From: a virus
Direction: 5' to 3' (one strand)
DNA: 64,000 bases
Virus record (IMG/VR): IMGVR_UViG_3300037246_000990
Span: 32,001 to 96,000 of that record
Shown piece after piece: positions 36,402 to 45,495 of the stretch. The notes beneath the pieces were generated by a model. That model had not been told where the DNA came from. It searched no databases and worked only from the letters and a program-made list of their open reading frames with translations. Position numbers and translations under genes: made by a program. Every line of letters starts with the position of its first letter. Positions within the stretch are counted from its first letter, which is position 1.

Positions 36402-36421
36402 GGAGAAAGAAGAATGGGAGG

Positions 36422-36604
36422 ATGTCGATGCCGCACTACGAGATGATATGCAATAGCGGGCATGAGACAGAGGTGGAGCAACGGATCACCGAAGATCCTC
36501 TGACTGTGTGCCCCAAGCTGGGCACTGATCAAGATGGCAATGAGGTGCAGTGTTGCTCCCCTTGTCGTAGGCTGACGAAGGAGGCTGATGATGCCTCACT
36601 ATGA
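36422..36604 (+). CDS. FmdB-family zinc ribbon (copy 1)
   Basis: MPHYEMICNSGHE.EVEQRIT..PL..CP. Confidence 0.7.
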   Translation: MSMPHYEMICNSGHETEVEQRITEDPLTVCPKLGTDQDGNEVQCCSPCRRLTKEADDASL

Positions 36605-36836
36605 TTACAAATGCGACGCGGGTCATGAGTTTGAGATTGAGCAGCGTATCACTGCGGATGCTTTGAAGGTGTGCTACTTCAGAGAAACCATAAATAGTAA
36701 TGAGCTTGAAGGGCTTGAAGGATACGGCACACCTATCAAGCAACGTGTGTGCGGTGCTCCTTGTCGTAGGCTGATCTCTAAGACCAGCTTCACGTTCAAA
36801 GGTGGAGCCCCAACCCCTAAGGGAGGTATGATATGA
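36588..36836 (+). CDS. FmdB-family zinc ribbon (copy 2)
   Basis: MPHYDYKCDAGHEFEIEQRI...RLISKTSFTFKG. Confidence 0.8.
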   Translation: MMPHYDYKCDAGHEFEIEQRITADALKVCYFRETINSNELEGLEGYGTPIKQRVCGAPCRRLISKTSFTFKGGAPTPKGGMI

Positions 36837-37036
36837 AGGGTGAATTTGAAGAGAAAGAGTACTGGGTACACCAGCAGCAGCGCTTCGAGGCGGCGCTGAA
36901 GTTCGCTACCAGTAAAACATGGTGTAAAAGTGAGTTTACCACCTTGTCTATCTTTGAAGCAGTCGAGCGAGCTGATGAACTGCTCGCCAGGCTAGAAGAG
37001 ACACGGACCAAGACGAACGAGGATACCCCGTTTTGA
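36833..37036 (+). CDS. hypothetical protein
   Basis: AVERADELLARL; GGAGG RBS. Confidence 0.65.
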   Translation: MKGEFEEKEYWVHQQQRFEAALKFATSKTWCKSEFTTLSIFEAVERADELLARLEETRTKTNEDTPF

Positions 37037-37884
37037 TGAGCGAATACACCACAGCAGATATAACAGCTTGGATGTTGACCGCTTTCGCCGTCAATAAGAA
37101 GAACGGGGCCGAGCTACAGTTCGACTGCCCTGAGTGCGGGCACCCCTCATGCTACTTCAACGTGAAGAAGCAGGTTGGGTACTGCCACAGGGCTACGTGC
37201 CGGGAGGCATGGCCTCTCGATAAGCTGATCGACAAAGTAGGCCACACCCCTAAACAGGCAGGGTACCTGCCTGCTCTTGACACCATTGATGCCGTGCTCT
37301 CCAAGCCGGTAGCTCTGCCCAAAGCAGCAAAGCCCATTGAGTACCTCGACATGGCGGTTGACGCACTTAGCTATCGAGGTGTGACATGGGATCATATCCA
37401 AAAGTTCCGGATCCATCAGGATGAGAAACGATTGTACGTGCCAGTATACGAAGCTGGAGAGCTGGTGCAGTACAACTCACGTAGGGTGCGTAAGGAGAAC
37501 CCACCTGAGGATTGGTTCAAGGCGGGTGAGACGCCGTACCGTTACGCTAGCGGGCACCCCATCACCCACTACTTCTTAGGCTGGGAGGAGTGCAGACTTT
37601 GGAATGATATCGTGCTGGTGGAAAACTCATTTGTATCCATGTGGTTGCGTGATATCCATGCCACTGCGACGTTTGGGTCACACCTGAGCAACACACACAT
37701 CGACAAGATACTACACAGCCGCATCAACCATGTCACCTTCTTGTGGGACGAAGGGACTGAGTACGCCTCGCAGAAAGCGCAGCGCAAACTGAAGGAGCTA
37801 GGTGTACCAAGTAGGGCCGTCCACATCAAGGGACAACCGGATGACTACACGAAGGATGAACTGAAGGAGATGATCGATGGCTAA
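37036..37884 (+). CDS. DNA primase (Zn finger + TOPRIM)
   Basis: CPEC..CHRATC; LVEN; ATFG; FLWDEG; QPDD. Confidence 0.85.
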   Translation: MSEYTTADITAWMLTAFAVNKKNGAELQFDCPECGHPSCYFNVKKQVGYCHRATCREAWPLDKLIDKVGHTPKQAGYLPALDTIDAVLSKPVALPKAAKPIEYLDMAVDALSYRGVTWDHIQKFRIHQDEKRLYVPVYEAGELVQYNSRRVRKENPPEDWFKAGETPYRYASGHPITHYFLGWEECRLWNDIVLVENSFVSMWLRDIHATATFGSHLSNTHIDKILHSRINHVTFLWDEGTEYASQKAQRKLKELGVPSRAVHIKGQPDDYTKDELKEMIDG

Positions 37885-38125
37885 AGCACTAGACATGACA
37901 GACGAACAACTGGACAGGTTCATTGTAGATATGCAGCATCGTATTGATGACGGCGACGCCGACTACTATGGAATCAATGACACCTTTGAGGAAGCAAAGG
38001 TAATCGCTGAAGAACTGGTGAAATTGAAACAGAGAGATCTGATGCTTTCAGCATTGGAAGGAGCCGGAGTCGACAACTGGGAGGGGTACGACTACGCCAT
38101 GGAAGAACTGGAGAAAGAATCATGA
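37877..38125 (+). CDS. conserved small phage protein
   Basis: LEGAGVDNWEGYDYA motif. Confidence 0.75.
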   Translation: MAKALDMTDEQLDRFIVDMQHRIDDGDADYYGINDTFEEAKVIAEELVKLKQRDLMLSALEGAGVDNWEGYDYAMEELEKES

Positions 38126-38307
38126 AGATGCTATTCTGTGACGTCTGTAATAGGAAGATAACAATCGGCGAAGCTGAGTCGTTCAACTACAATCGCGAGG
38201 GCGAAGGCCCCTTCTGTGACGTTTGCTTCTTCTTCGTTGAGAAGATCCAGATGCTAGAGATTAGGATCGATGATCTAGAGTATGCTAATAGGATACCTTT
38301 GATGTGA
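38122..38307 (+). CDS. small zinc-finger protein
   Basis: CDVC...CDVC. Confidence 0.6.
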   Translation: MKMLFCDVCNRKITIGEAESFNYNREGEGPFCDVCFFFVEKIQMLEIRIDDLEYANRIPLM

Positions 38308-38498
38308 CAACTTGCTGTCAGTGCCACAGAAGCTACTGGCCTGGGAAAGGGAAGTGCCCAGGTCGACCCCAGCGCTGGGACGCCTTTGAGTACGAGGAAG
38401 CCAAATCATGTGGTCACGACCCGTGCGAAAAGTGTACACATTACGTAGATGAAAAGGAGAAAGACTATGGACCCCAAAAGACATCAAGAAATAGATAG
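38304..38498 (+). CDS. small Cys-rich protein
   Basis: CCQC..CGHDPCEKC. Confidence 0.55.
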   Translation: MTTCCQCHRSYWPGKGKCPGRPQRWDAFEYEEAKSCGHDPCEKCTHYVDEKEKDYGPQKTSRNR

Positions 38499-38627
38499 CT
38501 TTGTTGATGCTACTAGCGGGGATCTATGGCGTTGTTTGAAGTGCAACCTTGTACATCAGTACTTCCGAAGTCAGCCAGGGTGCCCGAGGTGTAAAAGGAG
38601 AGAAGCGGATGAGTAGGTGGAGAACTA

Positions 38628-39089
38628 ATGCCGTATAAAAGTATACCGTTAACTGACAGGCTACAGAGGGGGCTTAAGCTACAACCTAGTGGATGCTGGG
38701 AATGGCAGGGTTACTGTACCCGGGGAGGGTATGGACAGACCGGTAGTGGCGGAAAATATGGTAAAAAGCTTTATGTACATAGAGCAATATGGGAAATTGT
38801 CTTTGGTTTTATTCCAGAAAGGCTGTGCGTCTTGCATAAGTGTGATAACCCTCCTTGTGCTAACCCGGCTCATCTATTTTTAGGTACGAAGGCTGACAAT
38901 ATAGCTGATATGGTAAGCAAAGGGCGTCAACGAGGCCCACGGGGAACCCAACACGGAAACGCAAAACTAACTTGGGATCAAGTTCACGCTATTCGTGTTG
39001 ATGGTAGAACTCAACTTAAAATTGGCAAAGCGTATGGAATTAACCAGACAGCAGTGAGTGCTATTAAAAGAGGCACGCGATGGAAGTAA
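38628..39089 (+). CDS. HNH homing endonuclease
   Basis: SGCWEW..GYG..VHRA..LHKCDNPPCANPAHLFLGT. Confidence 0.9.
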   Translation: MPYKSIPLTDRLQRGLKLQPSGCWEWQGYCTRGGYGQTGSGGKYGKKLYVHRAIWEIVFGFIPERLCVLHKCDNPPCANPAHLFLGTKADNIADMVSKGRQRGPRGTQHGNAKLTWDQVHAIRVDGRTQLKIGKAYGINQTAVSAIKRGTRWK

Positions 39090-39225
39090 AAGATTATAAA
39101 CAGGTAAATATGAAAATAAATGAGATAAGATTAGCTTTCATTATAACTAAATTGAAGTTGGTTCGAGCTTTATTGACACCTATTTTGAGGCTTCACATTC
39201 GTATTCGACTGAGAAGGAGAGGGCA

Positions 39226-39471
39226 ATGACAGAGCAGCCGTACCTAGAGAGGCTTGAACAGATAATCGAGCGGCAGTACAAAGACCACCCGACTGGCTGC
39301 GGTGGGAGCTTCGGAGAGCTGCTGTGTTGGGAGATCCATGAGAACGGGAAGACCTTCATCTGGCTGGCTGAGAAATGGGGGATCAGTGTGACCACGCTTG
39401 GGGATCTAATCGCGGACCATTGCCGCAAGCTAGAGGAAGACCCGTGTGTATCGCATGAGGAGAGCAGATGA
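39226..39471 (+). CDS. small protein, HTH-like
   Basis: TFIWLAEKWGISVTTLG; AGGAG RBS. Confidence 0.65.
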   Translation: MTEQPYLERLEQIIERQYKDHPTGCGGSFGELLCWEIHENGKTFIWLAEKWGISVTTLGDLIADHCRKLEEDPCVSHEESR

Positions 39472-42041
39472 CAGAAAGTTGTAAATTGAGCTGTGACGGC
39501 CAACCGGCCTGTAAGCTAGGGTCGCTGACCAAGCAGGTCCAGGTCGCGGGCCATAACCTGCTCTACACCCCTAGGACGTCGAATCTAGAGGCCCCAGTAC
39601 CCCACAAAGTCATGATTGTGGTGAAATCTCCTGATAACAAGGACATTGGGACCCTGGGCAAGGGCCGAAACATTGAGAAGTTGAAGGAGCTACTGGCCCT
39701 CGCAACCCTAGATGAGAGCGATGTCTACGTCACGGGGCTGGTCAAGTGCTCGCCGCCAAAGCGACCGCCCTCGGTACAGGAGATCCTAGCTTGCATGGGG
39801 CATCTGGGCGATGAGCTGAAGGCCGTGGACCCTGACGTGGTGGTACTTATGGGGGCAGCTACCCTCCGTGCCTTCAACCTGATGGGGGAGGGCGGCGTTA
39901 ATAAGCTGCACGGAAAGATCATTGAGAAAGCTTTTCCTCATGACGACACCAATGACAAGGTGTACAAACTCATGGTTACAACCGATCCCAACGCCCTGTA
40001 CATGAACCCTGACCCGCGCCTCCAGGGCACAATGGTCAAGGACCTGATCCTCGCCAAGGCTGTGGTTGAGGGCGACCTCGTCAACCCACACCAGCAGGAC
40101 GTGGACTACAAGCTGATCGACAACCTCGCTGACCTAGACTGGATGGTGAAGCAGATCCGGAGGAAGGGAATGTTCGCCTTTGACTCTGAGTCACGGGGCC
40201 TACCCTGGAGCGAGCAACCCCTAATCTGCTTGCAGTTCTGCTGGGGTTACAATGAGGATACTCAGACAGTGGCAGTGCTGCCCTTCTACAACCACGATCC
40301 GGATGGCACGGATTGGAAGTTGAAGGCCCGGTGGTCTGCTTTTGGGTACCGGGGTCGGATCATAGAAAAGCTGAAGGAGATCTTTGAAGACCCCAACATC
40401 CCGAAGGTCGCCCACAACATCAAGTACGACATGTGCGTGATGCGGAAGCACCTCGGCATAGAGACTAAGGGCTTCCTGTTCGACACCCTGCTTCTCCATC
40501 ACGTCCTGTGGGAGCACCCGCCGCATGACCTTGAGTACCTCGCTGACCTAGAGCTGAACACAGGCAACTACAGTAAAGCAGTCCACGACATCACAGGTCA
40601 TGGTAGGGTGCTACGGAACACCTATGATCACGTACCTGATGAGATCCTCCATCCCTACGGGGCCAAGGATGCTGAGAGTACGTATCGTTTGTTCTGCCGG
40701 TACTACTCCAGGCTGCAGAACCTACCGGACCAGTGGCAGCTATACACGGATGAGGTGCATCCCTTCATCCGCACCATGATGAAGGCTGAGTGGAAGGGCA
40801 CTCGTTTGTCTACAGACGTGATCGACACACTGACCGAGGAGTTCGTGAAGGAGCAGGCTGAGCTGTCTATCAGCCTCAAGAAACGGACGTGGCCTGAGTT
40901 CAACGGCGACAAGTCAGATGATGTGGCTAAGGCCATCATCCAGGCTGGGTACGGGAGGGATATAGAGACCCCCAAGACCACCCAAGGCTACAGCACTGAC
41001 AAATCTAAGCTGCTGCCCCTCATCAAGAAGCTCCCCATCGTGGAGGAGTTCATGAGGTACCGCTCGCTCACCAAGCTGATCAGTACCTACATGAACAACG
41101 CCAAGGATATGAGTGGGTCTGCTGATGGTAGGGCTAGGATCAGTGTGCTGCTGCATGGTACTGTTAATGGTCGGCCTTCCTGCGCTTTCCTTCACCAGAT
41201 TCCTCGCCTTGATTGGGAGCGTATCAAGAAAGGCCTGGGCAACCTGAGGGACATGTTCATAGCTCAAGAGGGCTACAGCATGGTCTATGGGGACTTTTCT
41301 CAAATTGAATTGGTTGTCCTCGCCATCAAGTCAGGCGATGAGAACATGATGGAGATCTTCCGATCAGGCCAGGACATCCACAAGGCCACGGCTGCTCAGT
41401 TCGTAGGGCTTGAGGACGATCAGGTCTGTGCCCACAACCGTGACCTCGCCAAGCCCGTCAACTTCAGTAGGGTGTACGGTGCGGTGGAAGGGCGCTCGCT
41501 GATGAAGCTGACGTGGATGGACCTGGAAGGAAACGAGTGGCCTGTGACGAAGGAGATGATACAGGACGGGTACGCTGCGCTGGACGAACGGTTTCCTGCT
41601 GCGGGTGAGTACTTCATCAACACGGTGGCTGAGATCTCAGCTAACGCTGGCATCCACGTCACTCCGTTTGGTAGGGTCAAGCACATGGGCAGCACCCTCA
41701 ACTCAGGCAACAAGTGGGCGAGGGAGAACGCTGAGCGACAGGCAGTGAACGGCACCATCCAGTCACCGGCTGCATCGGTGACTATCCGTACCCTTAACGC
41801 CATGAACGCGTACCTTGAGGAGCAGATCAAGGTAGGTCTCATGACGGAAGAGGAAGCGGCCCTCATCATCACGGTGCATGACTCCGGGTTGTTTGAGGTG
41901 AAGAACGAACACCTGGGTTGGTTCGAAGATAAGCTACGTGAGATCTCGAATCGTCCCGTACCCCAGCTCGACAACTGGCGCTTCACCATGAAGGTGGGCA
42001 TCGGGCAGAGCTGGTCGGAGGCAGAACTCAATGCAAAATAA
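39468..42041 (+). CDS. family A DNA polymerase with N-terminal uracil-DNA-glycosylase-like domain and 3'-5' exonuclease
   Basis: VKCSPP..C UDG-4 pattern; ExoI FDSE, HNIKYD; motif A DFSQIEL, B AKPVNF..VYG, C VHDS. Confidence 0.95.
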   Translation: MTESCKLSCDGQPACKLGSLTKQVQVAGHNLLYTPRTSNLEAPVPHKVMIVVKSPDNKDIGTLGKGRNIEKLKELLALATLDESDVYVTGLVKCSPPKRPPSVQEILACMGHLGDELKAVDPDVVVLMGAATLRAFNLMGEGGVNKLHGKIIEKAFPHDDTNDKVYKLMVTTDPNALYMNPDPRLQGTMVKDLILAKAVVEGDLVNPHQQDVDYKLIDNLADLDWMVKQIRRKGMFAFDSESRGLPWSEQPLICLQFCWGYNEDTQTVAVLPFYNHDPDGTDWKLKARWSAFGYRGRIIEKLKEIFEDPNIPKVAHNIKYDMCVMRKHLGIETKGFLFDTLLLHHVLWEHPPHDLEYLADLELNTGNYSKAVHDITGHGRVLRNTYDHVPDEILHPYGAKDAESTYRLFCRYYSRLQNLPDQWQLYTDEVHPFIRTMMKAEWKGTRLSTDVIDTLTEEFVKEQAELSISLKKRTWPEFNGDKSDDVAKAIIQAGYGRDIETPKTTQGYSTDKSKLLPLIKKLPIVEEFMRYRSLTKLISTYMNNAKDMSGSADGRARISVLLHGTVNGRPSCAFLHQIPRLDWERIKKGLGNLRDMFIAQEGYSMVYGDFSQIELVVLAIKSGDENMMEIFRSGQDIHKATAAQFVGLEDDQVCAHNRDLAKPVNFSRVYGAVEGRSLMKLTWMDLEGNEWPVTKEMIQDGYAALDERFPAAGEYFINTVAEISANAGIHVTPFGRVKHMGSTLNSGNKWARENAERQAVNGTIQSPAASVTIRTLNAMNAYLEEQIKVGLMTEEEAALIITVHDSGLFEVKNEHLGWFEDKLREISNRPVPQLDNWRFTMKVGIGQSWSEAELNAK

Positions 42042-42211
42042 ACCGAAGGCATCGCTAATCACAACAGGTATGGTTGCAGGTGTAGCAGGGCTCGTCACTT
42101 TGGGGATAAACGCACCTTTGTTAATGGGCGGACTTGTGATCGCAGCGCTTGTAGTGGGTGTGTATCTTTTGATACTAGAAGGTTTAGAGTCAAAGAGCTA
42201 GGAGAAGTATA

Positions 42212-42511
42212 ATGGATAACGAAACAGACAGCAAAGCAACACACTACATGGCAACAGTATCAATCAACATGGGGTGGCAATGCCCTGTGTGCGACAAGTG
42301 CTACGCTCCCTGGGTTCCTAAGTGTGAGGATTGTGGCTCAGGTTCAGACTTCACCGTCAAATACAACGATAACATGGCAGGGTGCGAGCACATCTGGAGC
42401 CCTAACTCGCAGACCATAATGGGTGTCTTCTGTATCTACTGTGGCCACCCGCAGACACCCCCAGCAGCTTCGGGGAACGTATGCTCAAACGAAGGAGAAG
42501 TAAATGGTTGA
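42212..42511 (+). CDS. Cys-rich zinc-binding protein
   Basis: GWQCPVC..YAPWV..C..C; CEH..CIYC. Confidence 0.7.
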   Translation: MDNETDSKATHYMATVSINMGWQCPVCDKCYAPWVPKCEDCGSGSDFTVKYNDNMAGCEHIWSPNSQTIMGVFCIYCGHPQTPPAASGNVCSNEGEVNG

Positions 42512-42965
42512 AGTAACAGTGGAATACTTGGAAGAAGGCCAGTGGGTCGCCAACTCAGTGGAGCTAGACACCGATAGTGACCTAGCTCTCAGTGATGAAA
42601 CCCTTAACAAGGACATGTGCGCGCTCCCTAAGCGTATTGCACACTACGCTGAGGTGGCGGCTGAGTGTCATGCCTATGCCTCTCGTAAGAAGAACGAGGT
42701 GGAGGTGGTAGAAGCTGAGGTGGCACAGGCACTTAGGATCGAAGCTGCTCAAAACAAGCTGAAGATCACGGAGGCTGGTATCCGAGAGCATGTCGTCCAG
42801 CAGGTTGAGGTGACTGAGGCACGCCATGCCTCATACAAGGCACAGGCTCAATACACCATGGTTGATGGCTTCTACAGGGCCCTGCGAGAGATGGCATCCC
42901 TGGCTATCGCCCTGTGCTACAAGCAGAAGGAGGAGATTCGGGTCCTAAATAGCCCATTGGAATAG
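42504..42965 (+). CDS. helical protein, possible UvsY-like recombination mediator
   Basis: coiled-coil, KITEAGI motif; located near SSB and RecA. Confidence 0.55.
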   Translation: MVEVTVEYLEEGQWVANSVELDTDSDLALSDETLNKDMCALPKRIAHYAEVAAECHAYASRKKNEVEVVEAEVAQALRIEAAQNKLKITEAGIREHVVQQVEVTEARHASYKAQAQYTMVDGFYRALREMASLAIALCYKQKEEIRVLNSPLE

Positions 42966-42966
42966 G

Positions 42967-42995
42967 TTGCAATCTTTGGAAAGAAAAGCTATAAT
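42967..42995 (+). promoter_or_regulatory. repeated sigma70-type promoter copy 3
   Basis: TTGCAA-tctttggaaagaaaagc-TATAAT. Confidence 0.85.
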
Positions 42996-43044
42996 TGAAT
43001 CATAACCAATTCGTCAACGACGACGATACTGAATGAGGAGAAAC

Positions 43045-43230
43045 ATGGGCATTGCATTATCGATAGAGATATACGAAGACAGAGTACAACCAGGGCTATT
43101 CCGTTGGGTTTTTCTTGACTCCTCCGGAGACAAACACGGTCCTTCTGTGGGGTTCACATCCCGTTGGGAGGCGAAGGCTGATGTTGAAAGGATTCTTGCT
43201 ACACATATGGATAAGAAGGGAGGCAAATAA
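43045..43230 (+). CDS. hypothetical protein
   Basis: AGGAG RBS. Confidence 0.6.
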   Translation: MGIALSIEIYEDRVQPGLFRWVFLDSSGDKHGPSVGFTSRWEAKADVERILATHMDKKGGK

Positions 43231-43442
43231 TGTCTGAAGAACTAAGGAAGATAGCAGAAGATCTGCAAAAGCATTACGCTCGCCTAAGCGTCTTGGCGGC
43301 GGAAAGCCTAGAGCAGACTAGAAAGAATTCCGGAGCAGGCTACTGCTGGTCTATCAAAGATGCAGCAAATGATTGCTTTAATAGTGCCGTGTGCCTACAA
43401 AGCCATGCAGACAACCTGGACCTGGATAAGGGAGACAACTAA
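43230..43442 (+). CDS. hypothetical protein
   Basis: GGAGG RBS. Confidence 0.65.
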   Translation: MSEELRKIAEDLQKHYARLSVLAAESLEQTRKNSGAGYCWSIKDAANDCFNSAVCLQSHADNLDLDKGDN

Positions 43443-43630
43443 TGGAAGGGAAACGAAAGTTCAATCGTATGGTCTGGTGGAAGCAGTTGTTCCCTCGAAC
43501 CCTATACACTATTTATCGAGACGAGCAAGAAGGCGGCAGGCGCTACTTTTCCATCTGGCGACAGTGGATGAACCGGGCTTACGACTTCCGTCGTATACCT
43601 GTAGCTGAACAGGACGAGGGAGACAAATAA
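43442..43630 (+). CDS. hypothetical protein
   Basis: GGAG RBS. Confidence 0.65.
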   Translation: MEGKRKFNRMVWWKQLFPRTLYTIYRDEQEGGRRYFSIWRQWMNRAYDFRRIPVAEQDEGDK

Positions 43631-44364
43631 TGGAAGATGAAAACGGCCTGCCCGCAGGCTTTGGTGAGGTGGACAAGGACTTTCAGCGCGAGGCATACGA
43701 AGAGTCCAAGAAGATCAGAGATAGTGGTGATGGGAAGACCCTCTTCCTGAAGTCGGGGATGACCCACCTACGTATCCTCCCTCCGGTCAAGGGTGCCAAG
43801 TCATGGTTCCGTGCGTACAAAGAGCATGGGCTCAGGACCGATGGGAAGTACGGGACGTTCACTTGCCCTACGTCGATTGACGACAGCGAGTGCCCCATCT
43901 GTGAGGTAGGTAAGGAACTGTACGAGGCGAAGGGAGACACGAACATCAAGAAGGCTAAGAAACTGTACGCGAAGCAAGCCTACTTGTACAACGCCTACGT
44001 GTACAGCTCTCCGGACGGCAAGACTCTAGCTGATGGTATCTTCACTGTTAAGTCCGGGTCAATGGTGTTCAAGCAGTTCATGGAGTACGACAACGATCCG
44101 GCAGGCGATTGGGGTGATATCTCCAACATCGCCAGCGGTGTTGAGCTGAAGGTTACACGCACCGGCAAGGGTCGGTTCGATACTGAGTACGGGGTTATGG
44201 GCGTGCCTGCACGGTCTAACATCGTGGACCAGGTGACCGCGAAAGGCGTGGACTTTGGTGAGCCCACTGATCTGACTGAGGTATACCCTCCGCTTTCTTA
44301 TGATGAGTTGGCGGATGTGTACGCGAAGTCGGACAACGCTACTCAGGAAGCTGTAGTAGAATAA
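43630..44364 (+). CDS. single-stranded DNA-binding protein (T4 gp32-like)
   Basis: LRILPP, H..C..CPIC Zn site, G..LKVTRTGKG..TEY; precedes RecA. Confidence 0.8.
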   Translation: MEDENGLPAGFGEVDKDFQREAYEESKKIRDSGDGKTLFLKSGMTHLRILPPVKGAKSWFRAYKEHGLRTDGKYGTFTCPTSIDDSECPICEVGKELYEAKGDTNIKKAKKLYAKQAYLYNAYVYSSPDGKTLADGIFTVKSGSMVFKQFMEYDNDPAGDWGDISNIASGVELKVTRTGKGRFDTEYGVMGVPARSNIVDQVTAKGVDFGEPTDLTEVYPPLSYDELADVYAKSDNATQEAVVE

Positions 44365-44370
44365 GGTCTG

Positions 44371-44417
44371 GTGGGGTGGTGCCTTTGAGTCGAGACCATT
44401 GGTCAGGGCCACCCCGC
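44371..44417 (+). other. intergenic stem-loop between SSB and RecA
   Basis: GTGGGGTGG...CCACCCCGC followed by CTTT. Confidence 0.5.
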
Positions 44418-44436
44418 CTTTCCGCCGGGAGATTAA

Positions 44437-45495
44437 ATGAATAGCTTCGACAACATGTTCAAAGCGGTAGTCAAGAAGACAAAGAAAGATCCCAACACAG
44501 CCGTGTTCAAACCAGGCGACATCAACATCAAGAGCAACATCCCCTGGAGTATTCGCACTGGAATACCTGAGCTAGACTTCAACATGGGGAAACCAGGCTG
44601 GCCTGCAGGCCGGTGTGTTGAGCTGTACGGATTTGAACACAGTGGTAAAACAACATTAGGGTATCATGCCATTGCCGAAGCGCAGCGCATGAGAGGTAGC
44701 GCGTGGTTCCTTGACACAGAGAAGTCGTGGGATGAGCTACGAGCGATGGACTGTGGTGTAGACCCTGATTATCATCTAGGTATCGGCGACCCCGACTCAG
44801 TGGACGCTATGTTCCGACAGATCCAGTACATCATTGAGGCAAGAGAAGAAGACAACGACGGCAAACCGCTGGTCATCGTAGTTGACTCCGTCACTGGCGC
44901 TGCTACTGAAGGTATGAAGGCTAAGACCATCGGCGAGATTGAGAAGATTGCACAGGATGCCAAGGCTATCCGTGGGGGTATCCGTCGTATTCAGCCTGAT
45001 ATCGCAGGGCTCAACATCAACCTGTTCATGATCAATCATGCGACAGCCAACATCACAGCCAACAAGTACGCCAAGCAGAGTGACTCGTCTGGGGGGCACT
45101 CTATCAAGCTGGCTGCTACTGTACGTTGTTCGATGAAGCATGCAGGGTGGATTACAGACACGGACAAGATCAAGCGGCTCGGCCAGAAGATCAGCCTTAA
45201 AATAGAAAAGCTGAAGGGGTCTCAATTAGATTACCCTGAAGTGCAGGACACCCCGCTGCTCAACACAGTGGGCTTTGACACGACTGAGAGCCTACTACGT
45301 GCTGGTATAAAGGCGGGTTGGGTGGAACATAAGAAGGGCTCCCAGGCTTACAAGCTATACGATGAGGAGTTCGACCGGAAGTCGTGGCCCGCACTTGTGT
45401 TTGGCCGTGGTGGGATTGATGCAGCATACACAGAGTGGATCGATTGGTGCATCGAGGATGGGTGCATGACTAGGTGGGGAAGGGGTCTCGAATGA
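44437..45495 (+). CDS. recA: RecA/UvsX recombinase
   Basis: GRCVELYGFEHSGKTT, FLDTE, IVVDSV, SGGHSIKLAATVR. Confidence 0.93.
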   Translation: MNSFDNMFKAVVKKTKKDPNTAVFKPGDINIKSNIPWSIRTGIPELDFNMGKPGWPAGRCVELYGFEHSGKTTLGYHAIAEAQRMRGSAWFLDTEKSWDELRAMDCGVDPDYHLGIGDPDSVDAMFRQIQYIIEAREEDNDGKPLVIVVDSVTGAATEGMKAKTIGEIEKIAQDAKAIRGGIRRIQPDIAGLNINLFMINHATANITANKYAKQSDSSGGHSIKLAATVRCSMKHAGWITDTDKIKRLGQKISLKIEKLKGSQLDYPEVQDTPLLNTVGFDTTESLLRAGIKAGWVEHKKGSQAYKLYDEEFDRKSWPALVFGRGGIDAAYTEWIDWCIEDGCMTRWGRGLE

